This document shows, piece by piece, positions 15,563-25,656 of a stretch of 26,556 bases of DNA. Origin of the DNA: a virus; IMG/VR virus record IMGVR_UViG_3300013195_000003, positions 78,524 through 105,079 of that record. One strand, written 5' to 3'. A model generated the notes under the pieces. That model had not been told where the DNA came from. It ran no database searches and saw only the letters and a list, made by a program, of their open reading frames with translations. Position 1 is the stretch's first letter, and each line of letters begins with the position of its first letter. The position numbers were made by a program, and so were the translations under genes.

Positions 15563-18500
15563 ATGCCACAAAATACTAACCTGAATAGATCCCCGTATTT
15601 CGACGACTTTGATGCGGGGAAAAACTTCTATAGGATTCTGTTCAGACCAGGGTACTCGATCCAAGCGAGAGAGTTGACCCAACTGCAGTCTATGCTGCAG
15701 GATCAAGTCGAACAGGTCGGCAACAGTATGTTTAAGCAGGGTCAAATGGTGATCCCTGGTGAAGTCTCGTATTCCGATACGTATGACTATGTTAAGTTAA
15801 GTAGCGTCTCTCAGGTTGCACAAAATGTAGATGGTGAAATTAATTTCGTCAAATACAATATCAACCAGCTGATCGGCAGAATTCTTGTCGGTCAGACTTC
15901 TGGTGTTAAGGCATTTGTTGATAATATTACATTAGAAACAACAACAGATGCCGACACTATTTTTGTCAAGTATGTCAGTTCTGGTTCTGATAATACTGAT
16001 GTTAAGTTTAGACAAGGTGAAGCTCTCAAATTAGAGAATCCTTCTCTTGATAATGATCCTACATTAGTTGTTGGTACAGATGGTATCAAACCAGCAGATA
16101 CTCCTGCTATGGGGTTTGGTTCTGCTGTCAACGTTCAAAAAGGCATTTACTTTATTAATGGTCACTTCGTCCAAAACGAAGCTCAGACTTTGATCTTGGA
16201 GAAGTATAGCCGTACTTCTTCGTATAAAGTTGGTTGGGATATTACAGAAACTATCGTCACCCCAGAAGACGATCCATCTCTGAAAGATAATGCTCAGGGT
16301 TATTCCAACTATTCAGCTCCTGGTGCACATAGATTAAAGATCAATCTTTCTCTGCAAAAGTTTGATATTAATGCACCTTCTAATAAGAATTTTGTCCAAC
16401 TAGTTTATCTTCAAGAAGGCAAGATTCAAAGACAAATTAAACAAACTCCTCCCAGTCAGATTGAGGAGATTCTTGCGCGTAGAACATATGATGAGTCTGG
16501 TGATTATATCGTTAAAAACTTTATTGCCGATCTGAAAGAGTATTATAATACTGATGGATCTGGTTATTATAGTACTGATGCTAATGGTCTTATTAATGGA
16601 TTAACTGAGTTACAAGCTCAGGATAAGTTCATTATGAGCATTGGTCCTGGCAAAGCTTATATTCGTGGTTATGAAGTAGAGAGCACTGATACTAAGTATC
16701 TCGAATTAGATAAAGCAAAAGAAACACAAGATAGAGAAAATACAAGATTATATTCTACAGCTTTACCGACTGTTGGTGTTCGTGGTGTTCACGGTACTGT
16801 TCCTATTAGTGCCACTAGCGATGGCGAAGCAACCCCATTTAAGAAAGTTGACTTCTATCGCAAGTTTATCGACTCTTACTTAGGTACAAACGGTAAGGAT
16901 AACAATATCGATACTGCTGTTTTTGCAGCATCAGATTTTAGAGGCACAGCTTATAATAATGATATCGCCACGATGAGTGTATGGGTTTATCCTGGTGTTG
17001 ACCCTGTTAATGGCGATCCTATCGATCTTGTTAATAACACTACTGATATTGTCTATACTCCTCTCAAGACTGGTCAGGCAGCTACGGTTTATCACTACAA
17101 TGGCACGTCTTATGATGAGATCAAAGTAGTTGGTGCGAGATTTAACATCAACTATAAAACAGATCTGAATAGAGAAGTCCCTTGGGTTGGAGATACTGCT
17201 GCTGGCGGTATGAATGATGGTTCTATTGACGTTGTTCACGAACTGGTCCTCAGAGGTTCAATTAAAGCTCTGTTCAGTATTCATCAGTCTTATCAAGCAC
17301 ACGGTCCAGTTAAACTTGGTGGATCTGGTGGTGGTGCTGGAAATGGTATCTCGCTCTATGGCAACAACACTGGTAGTACCTATTATGGTATGATCCTGGA
17401 CTATACGACTCCTGTTCATCCAATCATTGGTCGTGGTATTGCAAGAGACTTTAAGTTTGTCAAAACTCCTACTGGATTTGACAAGACAAAAAATGTTTTC
17501 TCTTCTAGCAATCAGCAAGACAGCACATTTACTTTCAGCTATACAAACCCGATTCTGTTTAGCAAAATTGTTCTGACTGGCAATCACGCTTTTGAGACTG
17601 GTTCTAACATTAAGGGTTCTATCTCTGGTGCTACTGCAGTTGTCGAAGGTGGTCTGTCCGTGGGTCAAAATGACCCAGAAAATGCTGCACTATCTCACGC
17701 TAATACACTTGTACTGTCAAGTATTGTCGGTGAGTTTGTAGAAGGTGAAGAAATTTTCGATATGGATGATAGCGCAAAATCTGCTGTTATTGCTGTCGAA
17801 GGTCGTATTAGTCACTTCACTGTTCCATATGGTGGCGAAAACTATGCCGAGCAGATGGAGCTCAAAATTGGTCAAAGACAATATAAAGGTAACTATGTAA
17901 CTGTCAGGAGAGAGACTACTGTAGATGGTATCAATGGACAGCAAGACTATGTTCACTCTGTTTCCTTCACTGAGTTAGGTAGAAGAGAAATCACTGATAC
18001 ATTTACTATTCCACCAACTATTGAAGTGGTTGACGTTGGTGGTGTTCATAGTGCAGGTGATGAGGATGCATATGTCAGAGCTTATCTTTACAAAAACGTA
18101 ATCCAAACATTTGGTACCGAAGACCTGCGTTCTATCGGTATGACGCACGGTAGTTCTTCTAAAGTGTTCACAGCTGATATTCAGTATGCTGATGTTGATT
18201 ACACTAATTTTGTAACTATCAGTAATAACTTACAGTACTCTGGTAAAGCCGATTGCGATTTCATCGAATCTACAAACTACACTGCGCGTCCTGCAGATGA
18301 GTTGAAAGAAGATGATCTGATTCAAATTACTATTGATGGTGTTACTTATCGTTATGAAGTTGCAAGCGCTTGTAATGCCTCTACAGATAAAGTCGGTAGA
18401 ATCTATTTGAAGCAGCGTCTCTTAGTTGACTTTGACGCTATCACCGTTGCTAAAGTTTCGGCAAAGGTCAGTAATTCTGGTAAATCTAGTCTTATTCTTC

Positions 18501-21500
18501 CTCTGCCTAATAGTAAGGTTGCATCTATTCTTACTAATGATACCGATACAGGTATCACTTACTATTCGAGAAAGCAGTTTATTGAGTCCGTCACGATTGA
18601 CGGTACAACGAATGAAATCAACATTGCTGCTCAGCTTGATTTCGGTCAGCAGCAATTCGCTCCTTTCAATCAAGGTGATTATGTAATTGAAGTCTATAAT
18701 GCTGGTGCAACTACTACCAGATATGGTGGTTCTACTGGAGATATTGTGCAGGATGGCGACATTCTGTATGTTGATTCTTCAATGGTCACTATCAATAGTG
18801 GCACAGGAGGAAACATTGCTGGTTCTCTTGATATTAAACTGCCGTCTGATTATTTCTATCAGTCTGGTGCATTGAATCTGGCAGATATGAAGCTGAAGAT
18901 TTCTTGCACTATTGAGACTCAGAAAGCGAAACCCAAGCTTAAGACTGCTGTCAAAAACTATAGAATTTCTATTGCTTCTGATATTGATAACGAAATTATT
19001 CCTCTCAGAGGCGACAACTACGATAATCCAACTGGACAAGTTAAGTCATTCTCCGATGTTTATAGACTGAGATACGTCTATGAAGGACAATCTGGTATTG
19101 CTCCTACAGTTAACGAAAATGGCGAAATTGTCGGAGATTCTGGTACCGATATTACCAATCACTTCTTGTTCGACAATGGTCAGAGAGACTCTCTATATGA
19201 TACATCTGCTTTGGTTAGAAAGCCTGGTTTTAGGACTCCTACTGGCACTTTAGTTATTGGTTTTGATTACTTCAAACATTCCGAAGGCGATTTCTTCGCG
19301 GTCGATTCTTATCTACACGAAAATGGTGTTAGATATGAAGAGATTCCTGTTTTCACTTCCAATGTTTATGGTAAGAAGTCTCTGGCAGACGTGATTGATT
19401 TCCGTCCTCTGGTTGGTACATCGGCATTTGTGCCTGGTTACCTTAACGCTAGTGTGATGGATCCTCAGTCTAACATTGCCGAGGTGTTTACTACTGGTGG
19501 CGTTACAGCTGCTTTGCCTGCTGATACAGTTAGTACTTCTTCTATTCCTTACACATTTGCTTGTTATTACGAGTATTATGTGGACAGAATTGATACCATT
19601 TATCTCAAGAAAGATGGTAAGTTTATCGTCAAGAAGGGTGCTGGTTCTAACGATCCTCAGTCTGCACAAACTATTGACGAGGCAATTAAGGTCTTCAAGA
19701 TCTATATTCCAGCTTTCACTGATAGTTTAAGGAAGGTCAAAATCTTCCCTGTCGAGAATAAGCGCTTCACAATGCGCGATATCTCTAAACTCGAAAAGAG
19801 AATTGAGCGTGTTGAAAGATATACAATGCTGTCTGTTCTTGAGCAGTCTGCGCTGAATACACAGATTAAGGATGCTAGTACTGGACTTGATAGATTTAAG
19901 TCTGGTTTTGCTGTTGACAACTTTGAGAACTACAATCTCTCTAACATCAATAGTGTAGATTTTAAAGCCGCACTTGATCTGACCCGTGGTGCTCTGCGTC
20001 CTGAGTCTAAAGAGACTAGTATTACTCTTTCGGAATTAGATCCGACACCTACTTCTAGATTGTTGGCAAATTATGTTGTCAATAATGGTATGGTTACTCT
20101 GCCGTTCACTCAAACAGTTCTGGCACAAAACGTTTTTGCTACCGAAACTATCTCGGTTAATCCTTTCTTGATCTTTGCATTTAAGGGATCTGCAGAACTG
20201 ACACCAAATATTGATCCGTGGTTTGATGAGTATCAGCTTCCTTCTCTGAATAATAACGACAACCAGACTCTCGATCCTCTGGAAGTTTATGAAGATGGAG
20301 ATGTTGCTCTGTCTCAAATTCACGATGTCAGTAAAATTACTATTCTTGGTAATGACTCGGAGTTTAGTAATGTCAATTCTTTAAGTTCTGATGCTCCTGA
20401 TACTGCCGAAGCTGAAGTTGTTCAGTCTAAGATTACTAGTTCTTCCAATCTCGCAGCTCAAAATACAGAACTTCCGCTGCAGCAGAGCAGCACTACCATT
20501 GGAGAAAAGACTCTTTCTACCTCCCTTACACTCTATGTCAAGGAGCAGTATGTAGAGTTCCATCTTCGTAAGATGAAACCAAATACCAGACTGTATCCTT
20601 TCCTGGATAACATTAATATTTCTGGATATGTTATCCCAGATCGTAATTATTCTGGTACTCCTGGTTCTTCCCTTGGGCAGTGGGGAGAAGATATTATTAC
20701 AGATGATGCTGGCAATGCGTCTGGTGTTATCCTTATTCCTTCGGGAAGAAGACCAGCTTCTAATACCAATTATCAGGAAAATATTGATGATCTGACTTTT
20801 ACTTCTGGTGTGGGTCTTAAGTTCCCTCTGGGTGTTAAGAAAATTAAGTTTACCAGTAGCGCTACTAATGGGATGCATCCAGAGACGTTTGCAAACGTCT
20901 CCTTCTTTGCAACAGCTGTCAAAGAACCTCCTCCGAATGATATCATCGCTGTCGAAAATCTCGATCAAGATGATAAAACTGATGGAACGCAATATACAGA
21001 AAATATTCTCAATCCCGAGATTTCTGTCGTTGACCCTCTAGCACAAACTTTCCGTGTTGAAAGCTTTGAAGGTGGTGTGTTTGCAACCTCTGTTAATATG
21101 TTCTTCTCAGAGAAAGATGCAACTCTACCTATCTCTATCAAGCTGACTGATACAATTGCTGGTAGACCCTCCAAGAATACACTGCCTGGTTCTAATGTCG
21201 TCTTAGATCCCAACACTTATCTGCGTGTTATTACCAGTGGTTCTCATACTCTAATCAAAGATGAAATTATCGAAGGTGATACTTCTAATGCTCAGGGTCC
21301 TTTATTGAAAGTTCTTGACGCTCAGAACTCACCTGTTCCCGAAGTCAATGGCAACTTTACTCTTGCCACTTCGCAAGTATATACTTTGGTGCTGAGTAAT
21401 CATAACAAAGAAACATTTATCCCTGGCGAACCCCTCGTCATCACTTCTTTGACGGTTGCTAATAATGCAAGATCTGGCGATGATATCGTTTCGATGGAAA

Positions 21501-23806
21501 TTGTTCAAGATTCTGGTTATCTGTCTCACATTGTTATGAATGATCTGGGTGATGGATATGCGGGTTCTACATCTGTCACCATTGAATCTCCTAGTCTGCC
21601 TGGTGGCGTTACAGCAACTGCTGTTCCTAGTGTTACCGATCAGAAGATCTACGAAATTAATCCCACCCTTGGTGGTAGCGAGTATACAACAGCACCTAGT
21701 GTTCTGATCGTTAGTACAAGTGCCACACAGCTTGCTTCGGCAACTGCTGTTATTAAATATAACAAACCAGCCGTGAGAATGGGTGTTGCTACAGATAGCA
21801 AAGCACTTATTCCTACAGAGTTTCATTTCCAGTACCCCGTATATCTTGAAAATGACCGTGAATACGCTATTATCGTCGAAACAAATAGCACTCAGTACCA
21901 GACGTTCATCTCTCGCCTTGGCGAAACTGAGATTAATAGTAACTCTACAGTTACTACTCAGCCTCTTCTTGGTTCACTGTTTAAGAGTCAGAATAGCAAT
22001 CTTTGGACCGCGAACCAATACGAAGATCTGAAGTTTGAGATTCATCGTGCGCAGTTTGAAGTTGGCAAACCTGGCGTTATTCATCTGGTCAATGATGATC
22101 TTGGATATGAGAAACTTGGTCCTGGTCCTATCAGAACTGATGCAGATGGTTCTGGCACAACTTCGAGTCAGTTGTTTGGCGCAAACACCAAGATTATTAA
22201 GATTGACCATAAGAACCACGGTTTAAATCCTGGTTCCTATGTCGCATTAAAGAATGCTGATGGTGTTGGTGGTTTCTCTAGCACAAGCTTGAACAATCAG
22301 ATTCTCCCAGTTATTGATGCTGGCATTGACTTCTACACATTAGCAATGCCTGTTGTTGCAGGTGGTACTGCTAGCGGTGGTGGTAACGATATTGTTGCTC
22401 TGGGTCAAGTTAAGTTCGAGAAAGCTTTGGTCAAGATTGATGCTATGGATTATCCAGAGACCGATCTGCAGACTAGAGTTCAAACAACTAAGATTAAACC
22501 AGTCGATAGTAGAGAAACTATTACTGATTACGGTCTGGAAGAGTTTGTTCCTATTATTTTGAATAAGGAGTATTACTTCCCAACACAACGTGTTATTGCT
22601 TCTAAGTTGAATGAAAAAATGTATGCTTCTCGTATGAATGAGAAGAAGTCATTTACTGTTTCCGCAACTCTCAATACAACCAACCCCAATCTTTCTCCGA
22701 TTATCAATCTCAAGAATCCTAAGGCAATTCTCACAACCAACCGTGTTGAGAGTCCTACTGGAGCTGAGAGCAGATACGGTAAGAAAGTCCAGCAGGTCGA
22801 AATGTATAAGACTGTTGTGATGAGATTTACCGATAGTGCAGGTACTCCTGCAACTCTGGGTTCAGCTCAAACTTTTGAAGTTACAAGTGGTATCGGTCAG
22901 GTTATCACTGGTAAAACATCTGGCACCAAGGGTGTCCTGTCTTACTGGGATGCATCTTCTCCTGGTGAAATGTATGTGAGAATTATTGAAGGTGATGGTT
23001 TCATTCTTGGCGAAGAACCTGTATTCAGTGGTTCCTCTTCTTATAACCAAGAGTGGAACTTTGATGGTGTTACCACAAACCCAACATCTGGCGCTGCTAA
23101 TGGTTTCACTTTACCTCTGAAGATCGCTGGTGATCTGTCTCTTGCTCAGTTTGACATTGATCCTGATATCAATCTTGCCAATAACACAGACACCAAGACT
23201 GGTAATGCTATTAGATGGAACCAAGAAAATTATCGCCTCATTTTCAATTCTAATGATGCAGAATTTGTAATGGGCGATCTAGTTGGTTCTGGTGATGTCA
23301 CGACTGGTCTTTATGAGTCTGGTTTTGATGTCATCAATAAGAGCTTTAATGTTCCTCAGGAAATTAAATACGTTTATGATGCATATGGTTTCCTTTTCAC
23401 ACCAGAAAGACTCAAGAATTCTTCTAACGTCGCGAACTATGTGACTAAGGAAATCTCTCTTGATAATCCTGGCAATGGAATCACTATTAAGCTTACTGCT
23501 GCTCTGCAGGAGATTGATGATGTGGTTGTGATGTACAAGACGAAGCGTGCTTCTCAGCAAGTCTTTTTCAACGAAATTAACTGGAACTATTTTAATATGA
23601 ATGGTTCTCCTGATGTGACTGTTGCTCCTTCGACTGGCACCAACTTCTCGGCAATTACCGAATCTGAAGCTGACTTCAAAGAATATTCATATACTGTGAA
23701 TGGTCTTAAGGACTTTAACTCTTTTGCAATTAAAGTGATTATGAAGTCACGAAATCCGTCTATGCCTCCTAGAATCAGAGATCTTCGTGCAATTGCAACT
23801 TACTAA
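15563..23806 (+). CDS. Large virion structural protein, DUF4815/VrlC-like (2747 aa)
   Basis: N-terminal TNLNRSPYFDDFD..FYRILFRPGYSIQARELTQLQS, then NYSAPGAHRLKI, LARRTYDESGDY, GKAYIRGYEV, RFTMRDISKLEKRIERVE, RFKSGFAVDNF, DPLAQTF and C-terminal PRIRDLRAIA. This is the usual post-gp8 position in cyanomyoviruses. Confidence 0.85.
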   Translation: MPQNTNLNRSPYFDDFDAGKNFYRILFRPGYSIQARELTQLQSMLQDQVEQVGNSMFKQGQMVIPGEVSYSDTYDYVKLSSVSQVAQNVDGEINFVKYNINQLIGRILVGQTSGVKAFVDNITLETTTDADTIFVKYVSSGSDNTDVKFRQGEALKLENPSLDNDPTLVVGTDGIKPADTPAMGFGSAVNVQKGIYFINGHFVQNEAQTLILEKYSRTSSYKVGWDITETIVTPEDDPSLKDNAQGYSNYSAPGAHRLKINLSLQKFDINAPSNKNFVQLVYLQEGKIQRQIKQTPPSQIEEILARRTYDESGDYIVKNFIADLKEYYNTDGSGYYSTDANGLINGLTELQAQDKFIMSIGPGKAYIRGYEVESTDTKYLELDKAKETQDRENTRLYSTALPTVGVRGVHGTVPISATSDGEATPFKKVDFYRKFIDSYLGTNGKDNNIDTAVFAASDFRGTAYNNDIATMSVWVYPGVDPVNGDPIDLVNNTTDIVYTPLKTGQAATVYHYNGTSYDEIKVVGARFNINYKTDLNREVPWVGDTAAGGMNDGSIDVVHELVLRGSIKALFSIHQSYQAHGPVKLGGSGGGAGNGISLYGNNTGSTYYGMILDYTTPVHPIIGRGIARDFKFVKTPTGFDKTKNVFSSSNQQDSTFTFSYTNPILFSKIVLTGNHAFETGSNIKGSISGATAVVEGGLSVGQNDPENAALSHANTLVLSSIVGEFVEGEEIFDMDDSAKSAVIAVEGRISHFTVPYGGENYAEQMELKIGQRQYKGNYVTVRRETTVDGINGQQDYVHSVSFTELGRREITDTFTIPPTIEVVDVGGVHSAGDEDAYVRAYLYKNVIQTFGTEDLRSIGMTHGSSSKVFTADIQYADVDYTNFVTISNNLQYSGKADCDFIESTNYTARPADELKEDDLIQITIDGVTYRYEVASACNASTDKVGRIYLKQRLLVDFDAITVAKVSAKVSNSGKSSLILPLPNSKVASILTNDTDTGITYYSRKQFIESVTIDGTTNEINIAAQLDFGQQQFAPFNQGDYVIEVYNAGATTTRYGGSTGDIVQDGDILYVDSSMVTINSGTGGNIAGSLDIKLPSDYFYQSGALNLADMKLKISCTIETQKAKPKLKTAVKNYRISIASDIDNEIIPLRGDNYDNPTGQVKSFSDVYRLRYVYEGQSGIAPTVNENGEIVGDSGTDITNHFLFDNGQRDSLYDTSALVRKPGFRTPTGTLVIGFDYFKHSEGDFFAVDSYLHENGVRYEEIPVFTSNVYGKKSLADVIDFRPLVGTSAFVPGYLNASVMDPQSNIAEVFTTGGVTAALPADTVSTSSIPYTFACYYEYYVDRIDTIYLKKDGKFIVKKGAGSNDPQSAQTIDEAIKVFKIYIPAFTDSLRKVKIFPVENKRFTMRDISKLEKRIERVERYTMLSVLEQSALNTQIKDASTGLDRFKSGFAVDNFENYNLSNINSVDFKAALDLTRGALRPESKETSITLSELDPTPTSRLLANYVVNNGMVTLPFTQTVLAQNVFATETISVNPFLIFAFKGSAELTPNIDPWFDEYQLPSLNNNDNQTLDPLEVYEDGDVALSQIHDVSKITILGNDSEFSNVNSLSSDAPDTAEAEVVQSKITSSSNLAAQNTELPLQQSSTTIGEKTLSTSLTLYVKEQYVEFHLRKMKPNTRLYPFLDNINISGYVIPDRNYSGTPGSSLGQWGEDIITDDAGNASGVILIPSGRRPASNTNYQENIDDLTFTSGVGLKFPLGVKKIKFTSSATNGMHPETFANVSFFATAVKEPPPNDIIAVENLDQDDKTDGTQYTENILNPEISVVDPLAQTFRVESFEGGVFATSVNMFFSEKDATLPISIKLTDTIAGRPSKNTLPGSNVVLDPNTYLRVITSGSHTLIKDEIIEGDTSNAQGPLLKVLDAQNSPVPEVNGNFTLATSQVYTLVLSNHNKETFIPGEPLVITSLTVANNARSGDDIVSMEIVQDSGYLSHIVMNDLGDGYAGSTSVTIESPSLPGGVTATAVPSVTDQKIYEINPTLGGSEYTTAPSVLIVSTSATQLASATAVIKYNKPAVRMGVATDSKALIPTEFHFQYPVYLENDREYAIIVETNSTQYQTFISRLGETEINSNSTVTTQPLLGSLFKSQNSNLWTANQYEDLKFEIHRAQFEVGKPGVIHLVNDDLGYEKLGPGPIRTDADGSGTTSSQLFGANTKIIKIDHKNHGLNPGSYVALKNADGVGGFSSTSLNNQILPVIDAGIDFYTLAMPVVAGGTASGGGNDIVALGQVKFEKALVKIDAMDYPETDLQTRVQTTKIKPVDSRETITDYGLEEFVPIILNKEYYFPTQRVIASKLNEKMYASRMNEKKSFTVSATLNTTNPNLSPIINLKNPKAILTTNRVESPTGAESRYGKKVQQVEMYKTVVMRFTDSAGTPATLGSAQTFEVTSGIGQVITGKTSGTKGVLSYWDASSPGEMYVRIIEGDGFILGEEPVFSGSSSYNQEWNFDGVTTNPTSGAANGFTLPLKIAGDLSLAQFDIDPDINLANNTDTKTGNAIRWNQENYRLIFNSNDAEFVMGDLVGSGDVTTGLYESGFDVINKSFNVPQEIKYVYDAYGFLFTPERLKNSSNVANYVTKEISLDNPGNGITIKLTAALQEIDDVVVMYKTKRASQQVFFNEINWNYFNMNGSPDVTVAPSTGTNFSAITESEADFKEYSYTVNGLKDFNSFAIKVIMKSRNPSMPPRIRDLRAIATY

Positions 23807-24051
23807 TGCCTAGTCACATTATCGCTGAATTATGGGCGGATGATCATATGAAAAAGGTACAAGGACACACAGATTATCATCGCGATGATACAGGAGCTAT
23901 TATCAATCACGATAAAAGCTCCTTTGAGGCATACAAGCGCCAAAAAGCGCTTGCCGAAAGAAACTTGAATTATGAACAAGAGATTACTTCCTTGAAGAAG
24001 GATGTCTCCGATATCAAGTCTCTTTTAAAGGACCTGATTTCTAAACTATAA
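23806..24051 (+). CDS. Small hypothetical protein with C-terminal coiled coil
   Basis: TAATG overlap with the upstream stop; KVQGHTDYHRDDTGAIINHD motif and heptad tail EITSLKKDVSDIKSLLKDL. An alternative start exists at ATG 23848. Confidence 0.85.
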   Translation: MPSHIIAELWADDHMKKVQGHTDYHRDDTGAIINHDKSSFEAYKRQKALAERNLNYEQEITSLKKDVSDIKSLLKDLISKL

Positions 24052-24054
24052 ATA
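24047..24054 (+). promoter_or_regulatory. T4 late promoter TATAAATA
   Basis: Exact consensus overlapping the upstream stop codon; followed by an AAGGA SD-like motif (24062-24066) and ATG 24079. Confidence 0.85.
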
Positions 24055-24078
24055 CTCACATAAGGAACTGTTTAAACA

Positions 24079-25620
24079 ATGGCGCTTACACGAATCAGGA
24101 GAACTGGTTTAAATGATGGGTTGGTCAGTGACGCCAAACTGGATAGTGGTGTAGGCACCCAAGCGGTCACTACATCTGTTATCCGTAATGGCGCTGTCAC
24201 GACCCTGAAGTTAGCAGATAACTCCATCACTACGGAGAAACTCAGCACAACTGTCGGTCTAGAAGCAATTAGTACCGCTGTTATTAGAGATGGATCGATT
24301 ACTCCACCTAAAATCGATACCACTGCAGCATTTAGCTTTAGTTCAGTTACTGTTGCAACTTCTCTCAACGTTACTGGAAAGGTTTCTAGAGAAGATGTCA
24401 CTGGTGTTGATGTCTCTGGATCAGATATCGTAATTGCTGGTGGTGCTAGTACTGGATCTGCTTCTGGTGGTGCCATTAGATTAAAAACATCTAAATCTTC
24501 TGGTGTTAGTGGTAGCTCTGTTAATGCTCTTTCCGATGCTCTGGTTATTACTGGTCAGGGTAAGGTAGGCATTGGGGTAGGCAACCCAACTGAAGATTTG
24601 GAAGTTGCGAATAACGTTATCATTAACGGTGAACTAACTGTTCTTGGTGCAACCACTACTGTCTCTACTACCAACACTGTGGTTGGAGATAAACTGATTG
24701 AACTTGGTAATGGTGTTGTTGGCGCACCATCTGGTGATTCGGGCATTGTCCTTGAGCGTGGTACTGCCGATAATGCATTTATCGGATATGATGAATCTGA
24801 AGATAAGTTTGCAATTGGAACAGGTACATTTACGGGTACCACTAGTGGCGATCTTACTATTACCAGAGGAACTTTAGTTGCAGACCTCGAAGCTGCTTCC
24901 ATAGAAGTTTCTGGGGTTGGTTCTTCTGTTACTTTTGATGGTGCAGTTGTCACCATTGAACCAACTGGATCAAATATTCCTCTTTTAAAAGTTGATCCCA
25001 CTAATAATAAAATGGGCATTGGGCAAGATCCCAATAATGCTCTTGCGCAAATTTTACAAGTTAATGGTACTGTTGGTGCTACAGCTTTCATTGGTGATGG
25101 TAATGGACTGACTAACCTGTCTGGTTTCACTGGTGCAGGTGATGGTACTGAAGCTATTCCTGGCATTTCATTCTATCTCGATCAGGATAACGGATTCTTC
25201 CGTCCTGCTTCCGACCAATTTGGTCTAGTTCTTGGCGGTGACGAGAAGATTCGTTACAATGACCAAGGGGATTCACTTGTATTAACTCGCGATATTCACG
25301 GTCAAGATTGCGGTCAACTTACCACTGCTGTTATCCAAGCTGCAGTTATCGATACATTCACTAGTGCAGATTATTTTAGCGGTAAGTATGTTGTTCAGGT
25401 AATGTCTGGAGCTTTTGTCCAGACTAAAGAAGTCTTGATTATGCACGATGGCACTGATATCTTTATTGAAGAATATGCCACTATGACTTCTGGTGGTTTA
25501 GATCAGGGTGCACTAGGTACTATTTCTGCTCAATATAATGGCAGTAATGTAGAGGTGATTTTCACCCCTACATATGCAACTAACACAATTAAATACTATA
25601 GATCCCTCATCAGATCTTGA
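24079..25620 (+). CDS. Putative tail/baseplate fibre protein (513 aa)
   Basis: N-terminal 10-aa repeats (AVTTLKLADN SITTEKL), GKVGIG/NKMGIG trimeric beta motifs, TTTVSTTNTVVGDKLIELG, GTEAIPGISFYLDQDNGFFRP and a C-terminal IDTF..SGKYVVQV..EVLIMHDG..EYA domain; Gly/Thr/Ser-rich. Confidence 0.75.
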   Translation: MALTRIRRTGLNDGLVSDAKLDSGVGTQAVTTSVIRNGAVTTLKLADNSITTEKLSTTVGLEAISTAVIRDGSITPPKIDTTAAFSFSSVTVATSLNVTGKVSREDVTGVDVSGSDIVIAGGASTGSASGGAIRLKTSKSSGVSGSSVNALSDALVITGQGKVGIGVGNPTEDLEVANNVIINGELTVLGATTTVSTTNTVVGDKLIELGNGVVGAPSGDSGIVLERGTADNAFIGYDESEDKFAIGTGTFTGTTSGDLTITRGTLVADLEAASIEVSGVGSSVTFDGAVVTIEPTGSNIPLLKVDPTNNKMGIGQDPNNALAQILQVNGTVGATAFIGDGNGLTNLSGFTGAGDGTEAIPGISFYLDQDNGFFRPASDQFGLVLGGDEKIRYNDQGDSLVLTRDIHGQDCGQLTTAVIQAAVIDTFTSADYFSGKYVVQVMSGAFVQTKEVLIMHDGTDIFIEEYATMTSGGLDQGALGTISAQYNGSNVEVIFTPTYATNTIKYYRSLIRS

Positions 25621-25628
25621 TATAAATA
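25621..25628 (+). promoter_or_regulatory. T4 late promoter TATAAATA
   Basis: Exact consensus immediately after the TGA stop at 25620, 28 nt upstream of ATG 25657. Confidence 0.85.
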
Positions 25629-25656
25629 AATCTAGATTCTAACTGCCTATCCGATA

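Noticed and set aside
14195-15745. 516-aa antisense ORF over gp8
   Set aside because: It is in codon register with gp8 and explained by gp8's avoidance of TTA/CTA/TCA codons. It has no recognisable motifs or expression signals.
1741-23560. Numerous 60-200 aa alternative-frame and antisense ORFs inside gp6, gp7, gp8 and the DUF4815 gene
   Set aside because: All are fully nested in well-supported genes, with composition typical of shadow frames.
2665-23806. Inteins or introns explaining the very large genes
   Set aside because: I saw no intein N-terminal C/S block with an HN-C/S/T junction, no LAGLIDADG or HNH motifs and no frame interruptions. The size is explained by repeats and inserted domains.
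24072-25166. Antisense ORFs of 134 and 203 aa over the fibre gene
   Set aside because: These are Pro/Thr/Val-rich shadows of Gly/Thr-rich sense codons, with no independent evidence.
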